From Asterias rubens (lineage: Eukaryota), in NCBI RefSeq assembly GCF_902459465.1, contig NC_047070.1, forward strand, positions 16,988,001 to 17,052,000: 64,000 nt of DNA, in the 5' to 3' direction. Numbering within the stretch: the stretch's first letter is position 1; every line of letters starts with the position of its first letter. The notes under the pieces are model-generated. The model searched no databases. It had not been told where the DNA came from and saw nothing but the letters and a program-made list of their open reading frames with translations. Positions 1 through 14,510 of the stretch are shown in pieces. The translations under genes and the position numbers were made by a program.

Positions 1-88
1 TTTCGCGAACAGCTAATCTCAAAAATTACCATTTTCAAATTGTTGAATTACATAGCTTACAAACAGTGCTCTGGATTGTACGTTACAG

Positions 89-121
89 CATGGAGGAATA
101 AATTAGATTTATTCCTCCATG
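89..121. mobile_element. 33-bp perfect hairpin (CATGGAG...CTCCATG) with a 7-bp flanking direct repeat
   Basis: catggaggaataaat-tag-atttattcctccatg (15-bp arms); gttacag at 82-88 and 122-128. Confidence 0.65.
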
Positions 122-595
122 GTTACAGGAAAAGACAATTTGGGTGACATAGAAAGGCCTAAGCCACCATTTTCACGAACGGACTATTTTGTTATCACTT
201 TGGTTTGCACACGACAGACGACGCACAGACCTGGTTTGGTACATTTTTTTTCCACAAGGAGACAATCGTGTTAACATATTTAGTTACTCATTAATTAAAC
301 AGACCATGATCTTGAATTCTTCTTCGTTCTTAGATATTTGAATTACTTTCATGATTTGTAAAGTGATATTAAAGGCATTGGACACCCTTGGTACCATTTG
401 CTTTTTACTCAGATTAGTACAGTGATTATAATCACACCGAATCAGACCAGGTTATGTTTCCCGTCCTACTCTGAATTAGTACATTGATTTCTATAGGAAC
501 GGCTGTGCAATCCATATTTGACGGTACTTCTATGTATGATGGTGATTATGAAAAATAGGTCTAGCGAGTAGGCGACACAATACAAGACGATTTAA

Positions 596-880
596 AGGCA
601 CTGGACACAATTTGTAATGTCTAAGACCAGTATTCTCACTTGATGTATCCCAACATTTGCATCACGTTTTGCAAGAGAATAATACAAGGAGAAAAAACAC
701 CCTTATTGCACAAAATGTGTGTGTTTTTTAGGTGCATAATAAAAGGATTGGCCTGAAGTCTTTTTGAGTGAGAAATTGCCTCTTTTTTTCAAAGATCACG
801 TTGCTTCAGAGGAAGCCGTTTCTCATAATGTTCCATACTATAACAGCTCCATTGCTCGTAACACCAAGTAGGTTTTTATG
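596..880 (+). mobile_element. Kolobok-like MITE family A, truncated copy
   Basis: Starts TTAA|AGGCACTGGACAC; internal sequence is shared in reverse orientation with 4379-4745 and 50162-50511. Confidence 0.75.
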
Positions 881-3800
881 CTTATGTTCACTCACTGTCA
901 CAATCCATCTGCAAAACGCACAACTCAATACGTCACAAAGTAAGTACTTCCCTCTAAACCACAATGGACTAGTCCACGCAACCAGGCACCTCTACAAAAG
1001 CGAGGTCGCTTTTCACTCTGGCCAAGACAAGCGTTTGAGGAAGCACACAGAAAAGAAGAGAGAAGAAAAATATCTATATTAATATTTCCGTTTCGGCAAA
1101 GAGAAAAGCAGTCTCTCTCTTATTGCGACTTATCCTTGGTGTTACTTTCATTGGACTTAACCTAAATTCATGAATGGACGGGCTGGTGTATTGCTCCTGA
1201 TGCTTCGAACAAAGTAGAACACGGACAGGAAAACACTGGTCGTTTTGGTAAGTTTTTAATTTTCGAATTTTTCAGATGAAACAAACCCTACTTTTTTTAA
1301 AGAAAAGTTAGTAAAATGGAAGACAAACTGACGTAGCAATGTTCCTTAATATGAATAGAGTGTCATTTTTCCAAAATGTGTTTTTATTTTTGGGAAGGTT
1401 TTTTCTTTCTTCCACAACACATTCTCTTTTCTTCAGGTGGTTTGTTCACCATTTGAAGATATAAATTCGGGGTTCTCATTTGCAAATGTTTTGGGATTAT
1501 TTGAATAAGGACAAGACCTGTGGAAACAGTCTCAACTTCTACAATTTCGGTTATTTTGTTGTGGTAATTGTCAAAGGTGATACGACCAGAAAGAAGGGTC
1601 CGAATTTTATTAGGTCTTCTTTTCAAAAATCAGCAGCAACTGAATACAATTTAGCGTTTCCGTAAGCAAAGTTCCACAATGCTTACACACAAAAAAAAAT
1701 AGGAATTTGATAGAAATAACAGTTACCTTTACAACGTATAAGGTGTATGTATTGATCCTTTTTTATAGATGTATTTATGTGACAACAACCACAAAGTCGT
1801 TGCAGTGCGCCTTTTAATTTGTTTGTTAAGATTTTACACAAACGTTTTCCTTTTCAAGAATATTAAGATAAAATTAACCTTTTTTTGCATTTCTACTTGA
1901 AACAAACGCGTAGAATAAGTGGATTATTGTCATAAATTAAAAAAGATCCTTCAGTGTGTTTTGCATCAAATCTAAATGTTCTATATTCCTCGTGATATGT
2001 CAATATTTACACGTTTCAATTAGGCGTTATGGATAATTCAAATTCAACATTTACTGCGTGAGGTTTCCAGTAAACGGGTGACTTACAGAATGAGAAAGTC
2101 GAGGAGAGAATGAAAGCGCCACTTCGGCAAATATTAGGGGGGCATAAATTCCTTCAAAATCGCAAGATGTACAACAAATTTAAATTCAGTCGTGACCAGA
2201 ATTACTGTATGGCTTCAAATTGAGCAGTAGTAATTTTCATCTTGGGAAAAAGGGGACACTCTGTTGGACCAATTGGTGGATTCTGCTATGCTTCTTTCGA
2301 TTACTGCATCAAGAATTGGCCTTTAACAAAAATAATTATACATTCCGTTTTGTTTTGAAATACTGTTTTCTGTCAAATTCATTTGTTAAAAAAAAAACTA
2401 AAATCACTGCTGTTTCGGCGACACGTCGGGATCTGAGAGTACTTCGCACCATCAAAAAGCAAATTATGTTTTCGTTCCATGAGGGCCAGGACCCCTCTCC
2501 CACTGACAGCAATTTGTGATGTGTATTATTGGCAAATCCTTATTTCGGTGAACAGTCCCCCCCCCCCCGTCCGCGGATCAAAGTCACGGATAATGTCCTT
2601 GCCATACCCCTTGCTCTAGTTAACTCAATAAGAACCATTTGTAATTTCGTGAGTTATTCGGACTCTCCAACCGGTTGCACTAGTAATATGAACACTGTGA
2701 TGCGGTGTACAAATTCTCACCATCACTTTCAGGAGAAAGCAAAGCCCAACAACTGCATTGATTTATACTACACACCAGATATTCAAGTCCTATTTTCTTC
2801 AACAGAGGCTTCGTCGTGTCCACACCATATACAGGTAGTCACCACGCTCTCTCTCTCTCTCAAGGGGAGTGAAATGTTTTATGTACCCAGCATGAGCGAC
2901 ATACGAGCCAACGTCCCTCCAAGGCCGTGATTGGCCAAACCGGCGTGTCCAGCAGCCAGCCAGGCTCGACATAGTCGCTTTGCACAGACTTAAAATATCT
3001 GCATGATATTTCCCGCTCGGTTGGCCCGGCTTTCGTAGCTGAGATGAACTGTTGATTTTCCGCTTGCGGAAATTAAAAGTAAATATTAATGCAAGAGAAG
3101 CGTATATCCGACTGGAATTCCTTGAAGTAGTGCAAATAATTGAGATTTCGTTTGTTTTCTAGCTTTCGGCAAACCATTCCTCAAGAGACAATGGCTAAAT
3201 GGTCGTAATCTTCTGAATAGGGGATTTGTTTAAATATTTCGTTTTTAAATGGTAAACGAGTACATCGCATAATTCATTTTATTTTATTGGAGACGTGCTG
3301 ATTACTAATTGCATTTAAATACTGATTTAATTAGCATTCAAAATCGCTCCCAAAATGTATCTGAAATACTCATTTAGAAGCAAATATAATTATAAATGAA
3401 GACTTTTACATTTTACACAAGGTTGTACCCATCAAGTTTACTATAGCTATAATATTTATAACAACAACTCTCGTGGGGACGAGCAGAATATCATACTGTT
3501 TCAAATGTCGAGACCAAACCGGCTCTTTTCAGAGCCAACACTCCTTCCAAAAGTCTAAAGAGATTTGCAGCAACGACAACAACAACAATGACCAACCAAC
3601 CAACCTTGTAACTTGTTGAGGAATCTGCGCGAAATACGAAACCAAACTATTTGAAGCTAGAATATTTGAAACAAGCATACTTTAAACTAAAATACTTAAA
3701 CTGGAATTGATTACATCATTCTTCAGCTGTCAATACCCTCAGCTGAATTTCACAAAAGAGCCAAGATTGATCGATCTGAAGTTATGTATCAATCTTAATT

Positions 3801-4378
3801 ATTAAGCAACAGGTGATGGCAAAATAATACATCATGATCACTGGATGAAATGAACAAACCATCTTGCATATTTTAGTATTTTGTTAAATCGAAACCCGGA
3901 CGGATAAACTACAATCCCCACGCAAACTAATTTCAAAACTGAAGTGGTGGAAGCGGACATGATGATGACGATGATACAGTAGCCGTATATCGTGATATAT
4001 CTTAACAGAATATTATCCCTGAGCGAGCGGTTCCCTAGCTACTTCAATTCTCTCTTTCTCCATTATGGTTTACTTAGCTTTAATTATATAATATTGAGCG
4101 GTAAAAGTGTTGGATTATGATTGATCGAGGGCCCTCGTATTGCAACGTCCTGTTTTCACTAGAGCGCGTTTCCGTCTCTCTCAACGGCAGCGGCTTTGCA
4201 CGAGCTTCCGAGAACTTTATTTAAACAGAAGGGTTAATATTTGCTGAAGTGCCTTCCATGTTACTATGTTCAATTCATCAGTTGTAAATTTGGTTGAAAC
4301 CAAAGGGATCCTTGGGGTTTGTAAACGCGCACGACGAGTCAAACGACGAGTTTAATGTGTTCAACAATAGCGTATTAA

Positions 4379-4745
4379 AGGCCTGGACACTCTATTGGTA
4401 AATAGTCACAATTATTATTAGCATAACAAATTTACATGGTAATGAGCAATGGAGAGCTGTTTGGTCGGTAGTTTACAACATTGTGAGAAACGGCTCCCTC
4501 TGAAGCAACGTAGTTTTTGAGAAATTTAGTGGTAGTTCCTCACTCAAATATTAAAGACTTCAGGCCTGAAGCCTTGTATTAGGCACCTGAAACCTCACAA
4601 TGTGTGCACTATAAAAGGGTGTTGTTCTTTCATTATTTTCATGCCAACAGAGTCCAAGTTTCCACAGATGTGTTATGTATGCATATATTGGAATTCACCA
4701 AGTGAGAACACTGGTCATTGACAATTACCAAAGGCGTCCAGTGCC
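4379..4745 (-). mobile_element. Kolobok-like MITE family A, full length
   Basis: TTAA|AGGCCTGGACAC...GTCCAGTGCC|TTAA with imperfect TIRs of about 22 bp. TTAA flanks plus AG termini are the Kolobok signature. Confidence 0.8.
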
Positions 4746-4749
4746 TTAA

Positions 4750-5154
4750 AGAAGAGGATTGAAATTTCACGCGCGTTAGGCAGTAGTTACTATGAAAACA
4801 GCGCAGTAATGAGCAGTCTGTTCTGCCGACGACCGTAGACCCGTCGCTGATGAGTTCAATAATTGCAGAGCAATGTAAAGATATTACACGGGATGGGTAA
4901 AAAATCTTTAATATTTAGTCTGAAAGCTTACTGGTTATACATGTCAATATTTTGTTATGTGAAATATATCTTCTTCAATAAAGTCATGCTCGTGAAAACC
5001 TTTTGTAAAAACCTAACACAAAATGCAACAGTTGGATTCAACCGAAATATGCTGAGAGTAAAGCGTCCTTTTTCGCTATTTTCTCATGACTCACCAAACA
5101 GACAGGTTTGTTATTTCATGTATAAGGTTTGTTGAGCTCCTACAATCCTTACCT
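4750..5154. mobile_element. Second TTAA-flanked MITE abutting family A copy
   Basis: TTAA|AGAAGAGGATTG ... CAATCCTTACCT|TTAA (TIR 9/12 match); shares the TTAA at 4746-4749. Confidence 0.5.
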
Positions 5155-6951
5155 TTAAAGACATGTACATGTTAAATCAATGTGTTCGGCGCATTATTCA
5201 TGTAAAAAGATTTCACGCCCAAACATGCCATTGTTTTTACAACCGCCGTATGCCAAAGTTCGGCAAAGGTTTGATTTAAAATCACCCAAACTAAAATAAC
5301 GATTCATCGAACGAGTTAAAATGCTCAACCTGTTTATGGTTTATTTAATTAAATTACAAGATCAGCCTCTTTTAATCTTGAACGAGATTTCATTTTGACC
5401 TGTCCTACATGTACAACATCGTTTTCATTCCGTTTAAGTTCATTGTTCGGTTTTGAACCATTTGTATTTTAATTTTAGATAAACTGAATGCCCCCCTTCC
5501 TGCTATAATCAGAAGCAGGGTTAGTAACAAAATATGGTTTTCAATTTATGCTTTCCCTGTTGAATGAAAATCATTCAACGTTGCTCATTTTTCAGTCTGA
5601 AATTTTGCGATATGAATTGACCCAGAAAGGGTCTGTACATATGGGTCACAGGGGTGACCCGATCTACTGGTCAACTAACCTCGGAATCTAGTAAAATTCA
5701 TCATCATAATGAAAGACAATTCACACAATGACTCAAACATAGCACGTTTTGTTAAATGAAAAAAACACTTCCACGTTTGCCTGAAAGTAACACAGAGCTA
5801 TTCTAAAAATATAATAAGATGACGTAACGCTATTGCGAAAAATGTGAAATCCTTCGCCATTAAAAACATTCCTCGATCGTCAAAACTTTATAGAAGCAGA
5901 CATTCCACTTGTATGATTCCAGCCCTTTCCCCTGAAGAAAAAGATATTGTATCACTTTCCCACGTCATCTCCTTTCTCCTCAAGAAGCAGATGATTAGTG
6001 TCAAAACGGAAGAGAGCCTTGGTTTATGAGGAAGAAGAAATTGTGAGTGACTTCTTGAGGAAAACCGAGGAAGACACTACTGAGATTTAATTAAAACACA
6101 TCAAAGCGACAACTTGTCCTGACGGTTGATACCACACACATCCGAATCATGTCAAAATAGATTTGATTAATTGCGAATATCGTCTTTCATATACCTTTTA
6201 ATTTCCATCCTTTTTATTGGATGATTAGATTCCAGTGTGACTCAATAACTGAAATCGAATTGCGGTGGATCATTTTGGACGTTCGTCCGGACCTACTGAT
6301 ACTAATTATGTTATCGTCTGACTTTTTCCTTTTTTTCCCCTATCATTCTGACGTTTTACTCAAGTTTCAAGTCCTTAATTGTTGAACATGTATTCTTGTC
6401 ATGCGTTTTTGTTTTTAGCGAACACGCGGACCAACTTTTAAATGAAATGCCGCCCAAGAGGGCCTGAATGCCCATGATGCATCACAGCTTTCAGAAATTC
6501 ACAGAATGCATTCAGAAGGTGGTCCATCACTCTTGATGTCCAACATGGGTTGGCCTCGATAGAACTGCGTAACCTTAATACAGTCTGCCACCAGGGAGGG
6601 ACAAACTGATCAGCTTAGGCCATATAGCATTTGAAAGATATTGTGGGCCGTTTAAACAAGAATAGTCAAGACAACTTCGGTTATTGCATCGATCCTCCTG
6701 ACGTCGATCCTCCTGCCAACGTGTTGGCTACAAAAAGACATATCACTATCCACATGTCATTAAGCCCAACACTTGCCATGTTTTGGCCAATGAATTCACG
6801 AAGGTATATTATTTCCCTGTGTGTTACACAGTGTAGTACAATTTGTTTAAACCCAACATGGCGATCGTGGGACGGTCACTGCGTGTGACGCACGTGCCTA
6901 ATAGCCAACTTTCAGACTGTGGAAATTGGCTCAAGTACTGGGGGGGGGGGC

Positions 6952-7061
6952 TCTTGGACGCTAGGTGGCAGTCGACATTCCTGCTCACGTACCTAGCATG
7001 TCCATAGTGTCCGAGAGCAATTGAAGTACATGTAAGCCTACTTCAACCTAGCGTTCCAAGA
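6952..7061. mobile_element. Short relative of the 55648 MITE family
   Basis: cttggacgctaggtggcag ... cctagcgttccaag inverted pair. Confidence 0.55.
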
Positions 7062-7231
7062 AAATTTAAAATCGAATTCGTCCTTCAAGTGGGACGTAAA
7101 GCCGTAGGTCCTGTGTGTTGTATAATGCACGAGCATCAGCACAGCTTTTATTGAGGCACTGCGAGCCCACATGGAGCAACAAAAATCACATGTTGTCATT
7201 TTATGCATACAATTATGTTGGGACACCAAGT

Positions 7232-7279
7232 CAGAATAGAGGTCTTTGACAATTACCCAAAGTGCCCATTGCCTTTAAG
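7232..7279 (-). mobile_element. Terminal fragment of MITE family A
   Basis: ggtctttgacaattacccaaagtgcccattgcctttaa matches the family A end. Confidence 0.6.
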
Positions 7280-10200
7280 TAAAGATGAACAATATCAATA
7301 TCAGAAACCAAATGGGCCGGAACAGCAGAACCAAACCCATTAGGATGGTTTTTAACCCCAACGGATCAACTCATCAATCATAAAGACACAATAAACGATA
7401 TATGGAACACTTCAAGGGACAGAGGGGATGAAACGCGACACTTGAATACTTGAAATGAATTTCGTTTTCTCATACAGTAAACCAGAGGAGCCAAGGGGAC
7501 AAGTGGTGCAATGCGAAAAAGCTGTTGTATAGATTCATTTTAAGTAGGGTTTGAAACCACTGTATGGCAGAGATACATCTACAGTTTGTGGTAAACCCAT
7601 CCACTTGAAATTTCTCTCTTTGAGTTGCGGGAGTTCGAGAAAAAACATGTGCATGTAAAGACTCAACGGTTTCAATCAGTATTGTTCTGATGGTTTTCTC
7701 GAGAATCCATCATGCTGCTATGATGTCAGTTTGTAAATTAGGTCATAAATTTGTCTGACCCTTTCCACCCTGCCAGCCTCGATTTGATTTGAGAATGGTG
7801 GGAGCAACGACGATGTATCATGGCATCCATCGAGAGTACAGGTAAAAAAGCGTATGTAGTGGCACTCTGTGAACAGACCTTGAAAGGCAAAAAGTAAAAA
7901 GATCAGTCGATTGTGTCCAGAGTGAAGAATGGAAACGAGAATCTTAATCTCGGTGAAAAACATCTGGATCTGCTGACAATGAAACTGTTCGTCTCTCTGG
8001 CTTATAATGATTTTTAGGGGGAAGGGGCTAAAGCCGACAAAAAGTCATCAAATTAAAGCGACGGGCCCTAACTCGAAGGCTACGTTCAGTGTTTATCTGG
8101 CCTGATTAGCTGACCCGATAATGGCTTGAAGTCGACGAGGAAATAAGCGAGCCGTCAAGCTCAACCTCGGACTCTATTTTTCACACATTCTGGTAAATTC
8201 GTTGTAACAATATCAATCTGCCGGCCTCAATCCGTACCTGCTCTCTATCGAGCTAACATCTGATTGATCCCCATTCAGAAGAAGTCGATTTGGTGAGCAA
8301 GAAACAGTTTCGAAACACGACTTTATTTCGCGGTAAGCACTAGAAACTGAATGGCCCTTATTCTACTTAAGACTCTCTCATTTTGATTTGATTGAATTTC
8401 CTTCTTCAAGTGGTACAGCATTGGCCGCTCTTTTAACTGACGCTCTGCGTAATGTCAACATCTCTATAAGACTTCCATTACGAACAACTCATCGAGACTC
8501 CGATTTAAATGAGGGATTGGATAGCAATTACAGATGAACTATTTGGTTCATTGTGTTTAAGTATAGCGAGCATGAGGATCAAGACGAATATTATATCTTG
8601 ACAGATCGGGAAAAAAAACCAGTCCGTCGGACCCTTTGTAAAATATGTGCTTTGGCATTCCTATACATGCGTTTGGTCCTGAAAGACTTGGTATTCCAAG
8701 ACGTCTGGCAATGTGTTTCTTCTTATAAGTATGTTGATGTTTACAGATCTTCTAGATCTGTTTCCATGATATCAAATCATTTACTGTTACTCATCTGACT
8801 ATAGGCCCTACATCTTTAAAACCCGCACCCCTCACACTTACTCGTAAGTCTTCAAGTCAGATTGGAACAAACGCATTAAGAGGTAGCTTAACATCAGCTT
8901 CCATTTTGTTTTCTACATGGGAACTAAAACCAGATCCAAGTCTTTCAGTTAAGTGCCTGACATTCATTTGATAACTGTTAACCCATGCATTTTATTCCGA
9001 TCCATGACTGTCATTTAAGATCGATACCGAATGTAAGGTTTAAAATGCAAATTAAAAGTGATGAATTGCAAAATTGGACAGGCTGTAATTTTGGACTGAT
9101 GAATGTTGGAAGGATGGGGAAAAGATAGATAAAGCTATACAAAGATAAAGATTTTCAGCACCTCGGTTCATGAATATGAGAGGTTTCTGATAACTCTCAT
9201 CCGCTTTTGCCAAGCAACGCTATGGCTTCGCCACGCATATATTAGCTCAATGGTTACTTGTGCGTGATAATGGAGTTTGTTCTTTGCATAGAAAGCAATA
9301 TTGGTGCCATTTATCGCAACTCGTGACGTCTGAAGCCGTGGTAGGTGGCACATTTTGATTAATGTCAAAGCTATCAATATGTTTTTGGATGCTTACTTAA
9401 AGCCCACTAAAGATACACAGTTACAAATTGCGTACTCCCCTGAGCAGAGTCAACATAGTTTCAAAAGTAGAAACTGTTGAAGTATTTTTTACTATTTATA
9501 GAAAAACTGACATTTCTTCACGATCATCTCTACACAAATCTTCAGGCTTACGTCACGTTGCGAGTCACTTCTGATCGTACTTTGGTTTCATTACCAGAAA
9601 TGTGCAATGATAATATTAGTATAATAATGCAAACACTATTTGACTTGTTTACCCACATCATTGATAGTATAACGAGACAAATTTACGACAATTTATGGTG
9701 CTGTTGCGTTTTAAAATAATATTTTACTACTGATTGATTTTCTTTTTCCAAGAATATTGTTACAGTAAGGGTGGCCATCATTTTAATATGAACCCCTGTA
9801 CAAACAAATTTAAAATGGTCTCAAATCATCAAACAATAAATTTTTTTTAAGATTGGAACCTTCATTTAATCGACATTCAATTTCAAAGCAATGTTTAAGC
9901 ATCTCTCTCTTGACCAAAAAGTTACATTAGCAATAAATTGAGTCAATTTTAACCTTTATGCATATATGTACTTCGCTTCCGTTGATGGACACGCACTTAT
10001 CGTTAAGGTTTGCGGCACTTGAAGTCGTCAGAGTTTTGAAATCAATCAACAATTTTTCTGACGAATCGTTTTTAAAATCATCAGAGAATACTCTAAGCAT
10101 TACTACCGGGTTATGGATTTCACGATTTACAAGAACTGAAGCACAGAATAGCCTAATCATAGCAGAAAATATCCAGTCTTAAAAACAAACAGACATGTGG

Positions 10201-10777
10201 ATACAGTACATATCAAAATAAAGGTATGATACGGGATTTGGTGAAGAGTAAAAAATAACCGCAATACTCAGAATTTATCTGATCAATCATGAAACAGAAA
10301 AGCAGTGTAAATGATGGGCTTATTAGGAAATAGAGTGGAGATCCATGCAAATTTTCAGGATGTAAATGTGTTGTTTATAGGTTTTGGTTGTACTAACAAC
10401 CGAGATCATATAATTGCGTTTTTGTTTTTGTTTTCTAGGTCTTCAGCTTTCTCGAGTACTATTAAATTTTGGAGGGATTTTATCGCATAAAAAAGGTCAA
10501 ATTTTAATTTCATGTCAGAAAGCTTTTTTTTTGTCTATCTTTCATTATTGCAGCTTACAAATAATAGCTTTTACAAATAATCACGGGAAAACATTGAAAA
10601 GGGGAACGTAAGCAGAATAAAACAAATATCCGGCTAATATGAAAATCAGAACATTCGGTGCCGAAAAAAGACACAAAACGACGGGAGGATCTGTGGCAAA
10701 AACCATCCAATGCACGTAGAGAGATTTCCTGATCAAACTATCAAATTTATTTTGGACACTGAAGCGTCATGACACGA

Positions 10778-10806
<29 letters not shown>
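10778..10806. repeat. Poly(C) tract
   Basis: About 29 consecutive C. Confidence 0.95.
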
Positions 10807-10808
<2 letters not shown>

Positions 10809-13277
10809 ACGTATGTGCGGGAATTTGCGTCACGAGCTACGAACTGAGAACCGCATGTTATATGTAATGTGATTTATTTGAATGTTATCCTAACATGTTT
10901 CGTTTACTGTTGGCTGCACAAGATGAAAATCATTTAAATCACCTGAAACGGCTAGATTTCTTTCAGACAGATTGGATTTCTGATGTGCACGTTTGCTATT
11001 AAAATGAAAGTAATTCAACTTTTAGGTGAACATGAAGGATTGGTTTGTGGTAGCCATGCAGGGAACGATTTGGGACAGCAAAATTGCATAGCAAAATATA
11101 TTAAGTGTACATTAAATGCTGATATTGAGAAGCAAATTGAAATTTTTGAGCAGCAATTGCTAAATTTGGTGTAGCATTTTGCTTTGCTATACAAGGGAAA
11201 TTATCCTTATGCACTTCGTTATAAATGGAATGGCAGAGAAGGGGTCTGCAATAACAACTGTGACAAACACAATAGAATGCCCAACATTACAGAAAGATGC
11301 AAATATTGTGATCCAAACTCGCCAATCGTTGATATCGAACACCCCTTAATGTGAAGTTACTGTTTCATTCCCTTATCCAAACAATGACATTTAACACCCC
11401 GGACCTTGTGGCGTTTGGCCCAAGTCTGTTTTTGTATCCGTCCCTCTAATAAGCTCGAGTAGGTATCATGTAACTGGTTGAATATACATTACGGCAACTT
11501 GTTCCGCGAAGTTCCACCGGAGAAGCATAAACTCAAAAACACCGCGGTGTGATTTTACTTCCAAAACAACAGGTGTTGCCATTTATTAAAGAGGACGTGT
11601 CTCTGAATTAAAATTGTGACAACACGGCTTGGATACTTGTAACCATAGAAAGTGTGTCCAATACTTCATCACGTAAAGAAGAAATTCAGTGTTACACGAA
11701 AGATCAAATATTAATAATTAAACATTACAAACTTAACGTCAAGTATTCTGTTCTAATAATTTCATTGTATAAGCCATGAGCTTATTTCCCCATCTTCATT
11801 TAGAAAATTGTTTTATAGGGCTTATGTTTGGGCATAATATGTTTTAAAATAATGTGTATAATTTGTCGGCTGCAAATGTCGTTTTATTGCAATAAACCAT
11901 TGCAAATCAAATCAAACCAACTATTTCCCCCACATTAGACATTCTAATGATGTTCAAGCTCAACATCACAGCAGTTCTTCCATAAAGTGCCCCTATAAAG
12001 AAAGACTCGTTACACCGTGGTCGAGTTCATGCAATCTTTCCCTCATCGTGACGGAGCATCACTTCACTTCATCTTTCGTAAATTTTCCTTTTCATAAAAG
12101 GCCTGTTGTAGTAAGTCAATTTAGCAAACCGTTCCAATTCGTTGCGTTAAACGTACTCAAGATGCACCAACAGTGGTCGGCAAGTCAGTTATTCAATCTA
12201 GTAGAAGGTAAGACTTTCATATCCATTTATCTACAGCAGTAAATGAAGCACGATTGCTCACAGTGTTCTTGTCTTGGACATGGAGGCTCTGGCTGATTGT
12301 AACCGCGTTTTAGCTTAATGCATCTATACGTGTGATATAATGGGGACATTTTAAACACTTAATTCGACGTAGATGTTGACCTAGTTTTGTCGATTCGTTC
12401 TTATTAGTTGATCTGGATGAGTGATATTTCATGATGGGAAAGTGCAAAAAACACAGCCGAGATCATACGTAGGATACACGGCCGATATCATTCGCATCAC
12501 GTTAAAGAAAACAAAACTATTTTCATATTTGTTTCCTCTTACCTAAAATGTTGAGCACCGTGGCTTATTAAGCTCCGTCACGGATTTGGTTATCTGAGCT
12601 AAAAGCAAGTGTCGTTCAAAAATACTAACACCCTCTTTTCGAGGCGACCACTGTTTCCAAAGACGGGTCAGACGAGAGCAAGATCGCAGAGGGGGTTTTC
12701 ACGGTACCCAAAATCCCATAATCGCACAGGAGATGGGCAACTAGATCACATAGTAGTCAACGTACAAAATGATAACCTCTGTGTTGTTCAATTTTACCAT
12801 GTATCAAATGTGTATGTATTCTCAAGCACGAGAGCCAACCTGTTGTATTCAACGATAAACCAAATCTAACCTAATATAAGACCTAATATAATCTCTGCAA
12901 GAGTATATAAACATACATTATTAGATAAATGTTGCGGTATCACAATAGTACCAGAGATATCTGTGATAACATTATCGACAATTATACATAGCGAGGAATA
13001 TTTAGTTACTGTCAAAGCCAACTACCATCCCAAGCCATCAATCGAATTAACCATCAATAGAGGAGAGTGTGTGTCTGCCCTGTGGGTATCACGTGGTCTT
13101 AGACACATAAAGGCAGTATGACTGGGTGAACCAACAAAATGCCAAGTCCAAATGCCAAGCGCACTTTGAATCTGATGTCTTATACACCTTTGTTTCACTA
13201 TAAGACAACGACCTTCTTCAAAGCCTTAGACGATCAGCTGCGCAACCGTTAACAAATGTCAATGTGAATTTTATATT

Positions 13278-13635
13278 TTAGAGGCAGGATATACATTTGG
13301 TCATTGTCAGAGACTTGTATTCTCACATGGTTTAACCCAATATGTTTGACAATAACAAACCAGTGAAAATTCGTGCTCCGAATTGGTAGAAGTTACAAGA
13401 AAACAATGCAAGTAAAAACGCCTTCTTGCATAAAGTTGGTGTGATTTCTGATGCCTGAGAAAGGCCATGCCCGAGCCTTTCTCTATTCAAGTTTGTGATT
13501 GAAAACTTTCCTCTTTCTCTAAAATTACAAGGGTGTCGTTTCTAACAATGATTTATTATATCAACAGCTCTCTAGTGCTCTTTACCAAGTATTTTGTTTG
13601 CAGTCATTCGTTATAAGAGAAATTACCTAAGGATC
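13278..13635 (+). mobile_element. Diverged full-length relative of MITE family A
   Basis: Colinear motifs with 596-880 (tattctcac, aacagctctctagtgctctttaccaagt) and a decayed ccttaa end. Confidence 0.65.
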
Positions 13636-14149
13636 CCTTAACCGATTTCATCAAGCCATGCTTCAAAAATCAATCACTAATTGATTGCGGATCTTTTGAT
13701 TCAATAATATAGTTTTAAAAAAACATAGCATTGTTTTTGGATGTCTTTGTGCCGTGGGTTGAGCCCTCAGTCAGTTGAGGCGATGTTTTGATTAAGTTTC
13801 ATCCCAATGTTGATAGGGCCTGAAGGTGTCATACTGCAAAGTTAACAAAAACAGCGTGTGCCTGCTGCAAGGCATTAAGACGATATCGTAGGGTCTACTG
13901 AGTATACAGTCTGGACCGACCAAGTAACAATAATTAAATTATGTGAAACCTTACTTTCCTTATGCAACATATCAAATTGCGGATGATCATAAAATGACTC
14001 GGACCTGAGTCATTTTCTATTCTACATTATCCGAATTCAAAGACTACACAGGTTGTTAACTGGTTATGTTACGGTTACAGTATTAAGCATGGAAGCATTT
14101 TGGTCGCGCTGAAGTGCAACATTGCATACAGAATACCTCATTGTACGAT

Positions 14150-14510
14150 TACGTTTGAGAACACCAAAACCGTTACAGAACACCACAGCGTTGCGTTTGC
14201 AGAGAACAGTGCGTTTGCAGAGAACAGCGTTTACGATTATGCTACACAACACCACAGAGTTGCACGGCACAACGCTCACTGCAGAATATCAAACGTGGCG
14301 TGGTTACTAACAGACCACCACAGAGTTGCTCTTGTACAGAAAAGTGGTTGCACAAACCATAGAGACGCTACACAACACCACAGAAATGTAAAAACAACAC
14401 TGGTTGCAGATTGTCAAATTGTATACCCAACACCATCATACAGTAATATACAATTGCACGGAGCAACACTTGGTGTGGAACATCAAAAGCACGAACACCA
14501 GAACATGATA
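14150..14510. repeat. Degenerate minisatellite (caacaccacagagttgc-like units)
   Basis: aacaccacag recurs several times with variable spacing. Confidence 0.7.

Noticed and set aside
9155-9175. REST/NRSE-like site (ttcagcacctcgg), with similar half-sites at 25503 and 57293
   Set aside because: Only half-sites match, and none is near the GPCR.
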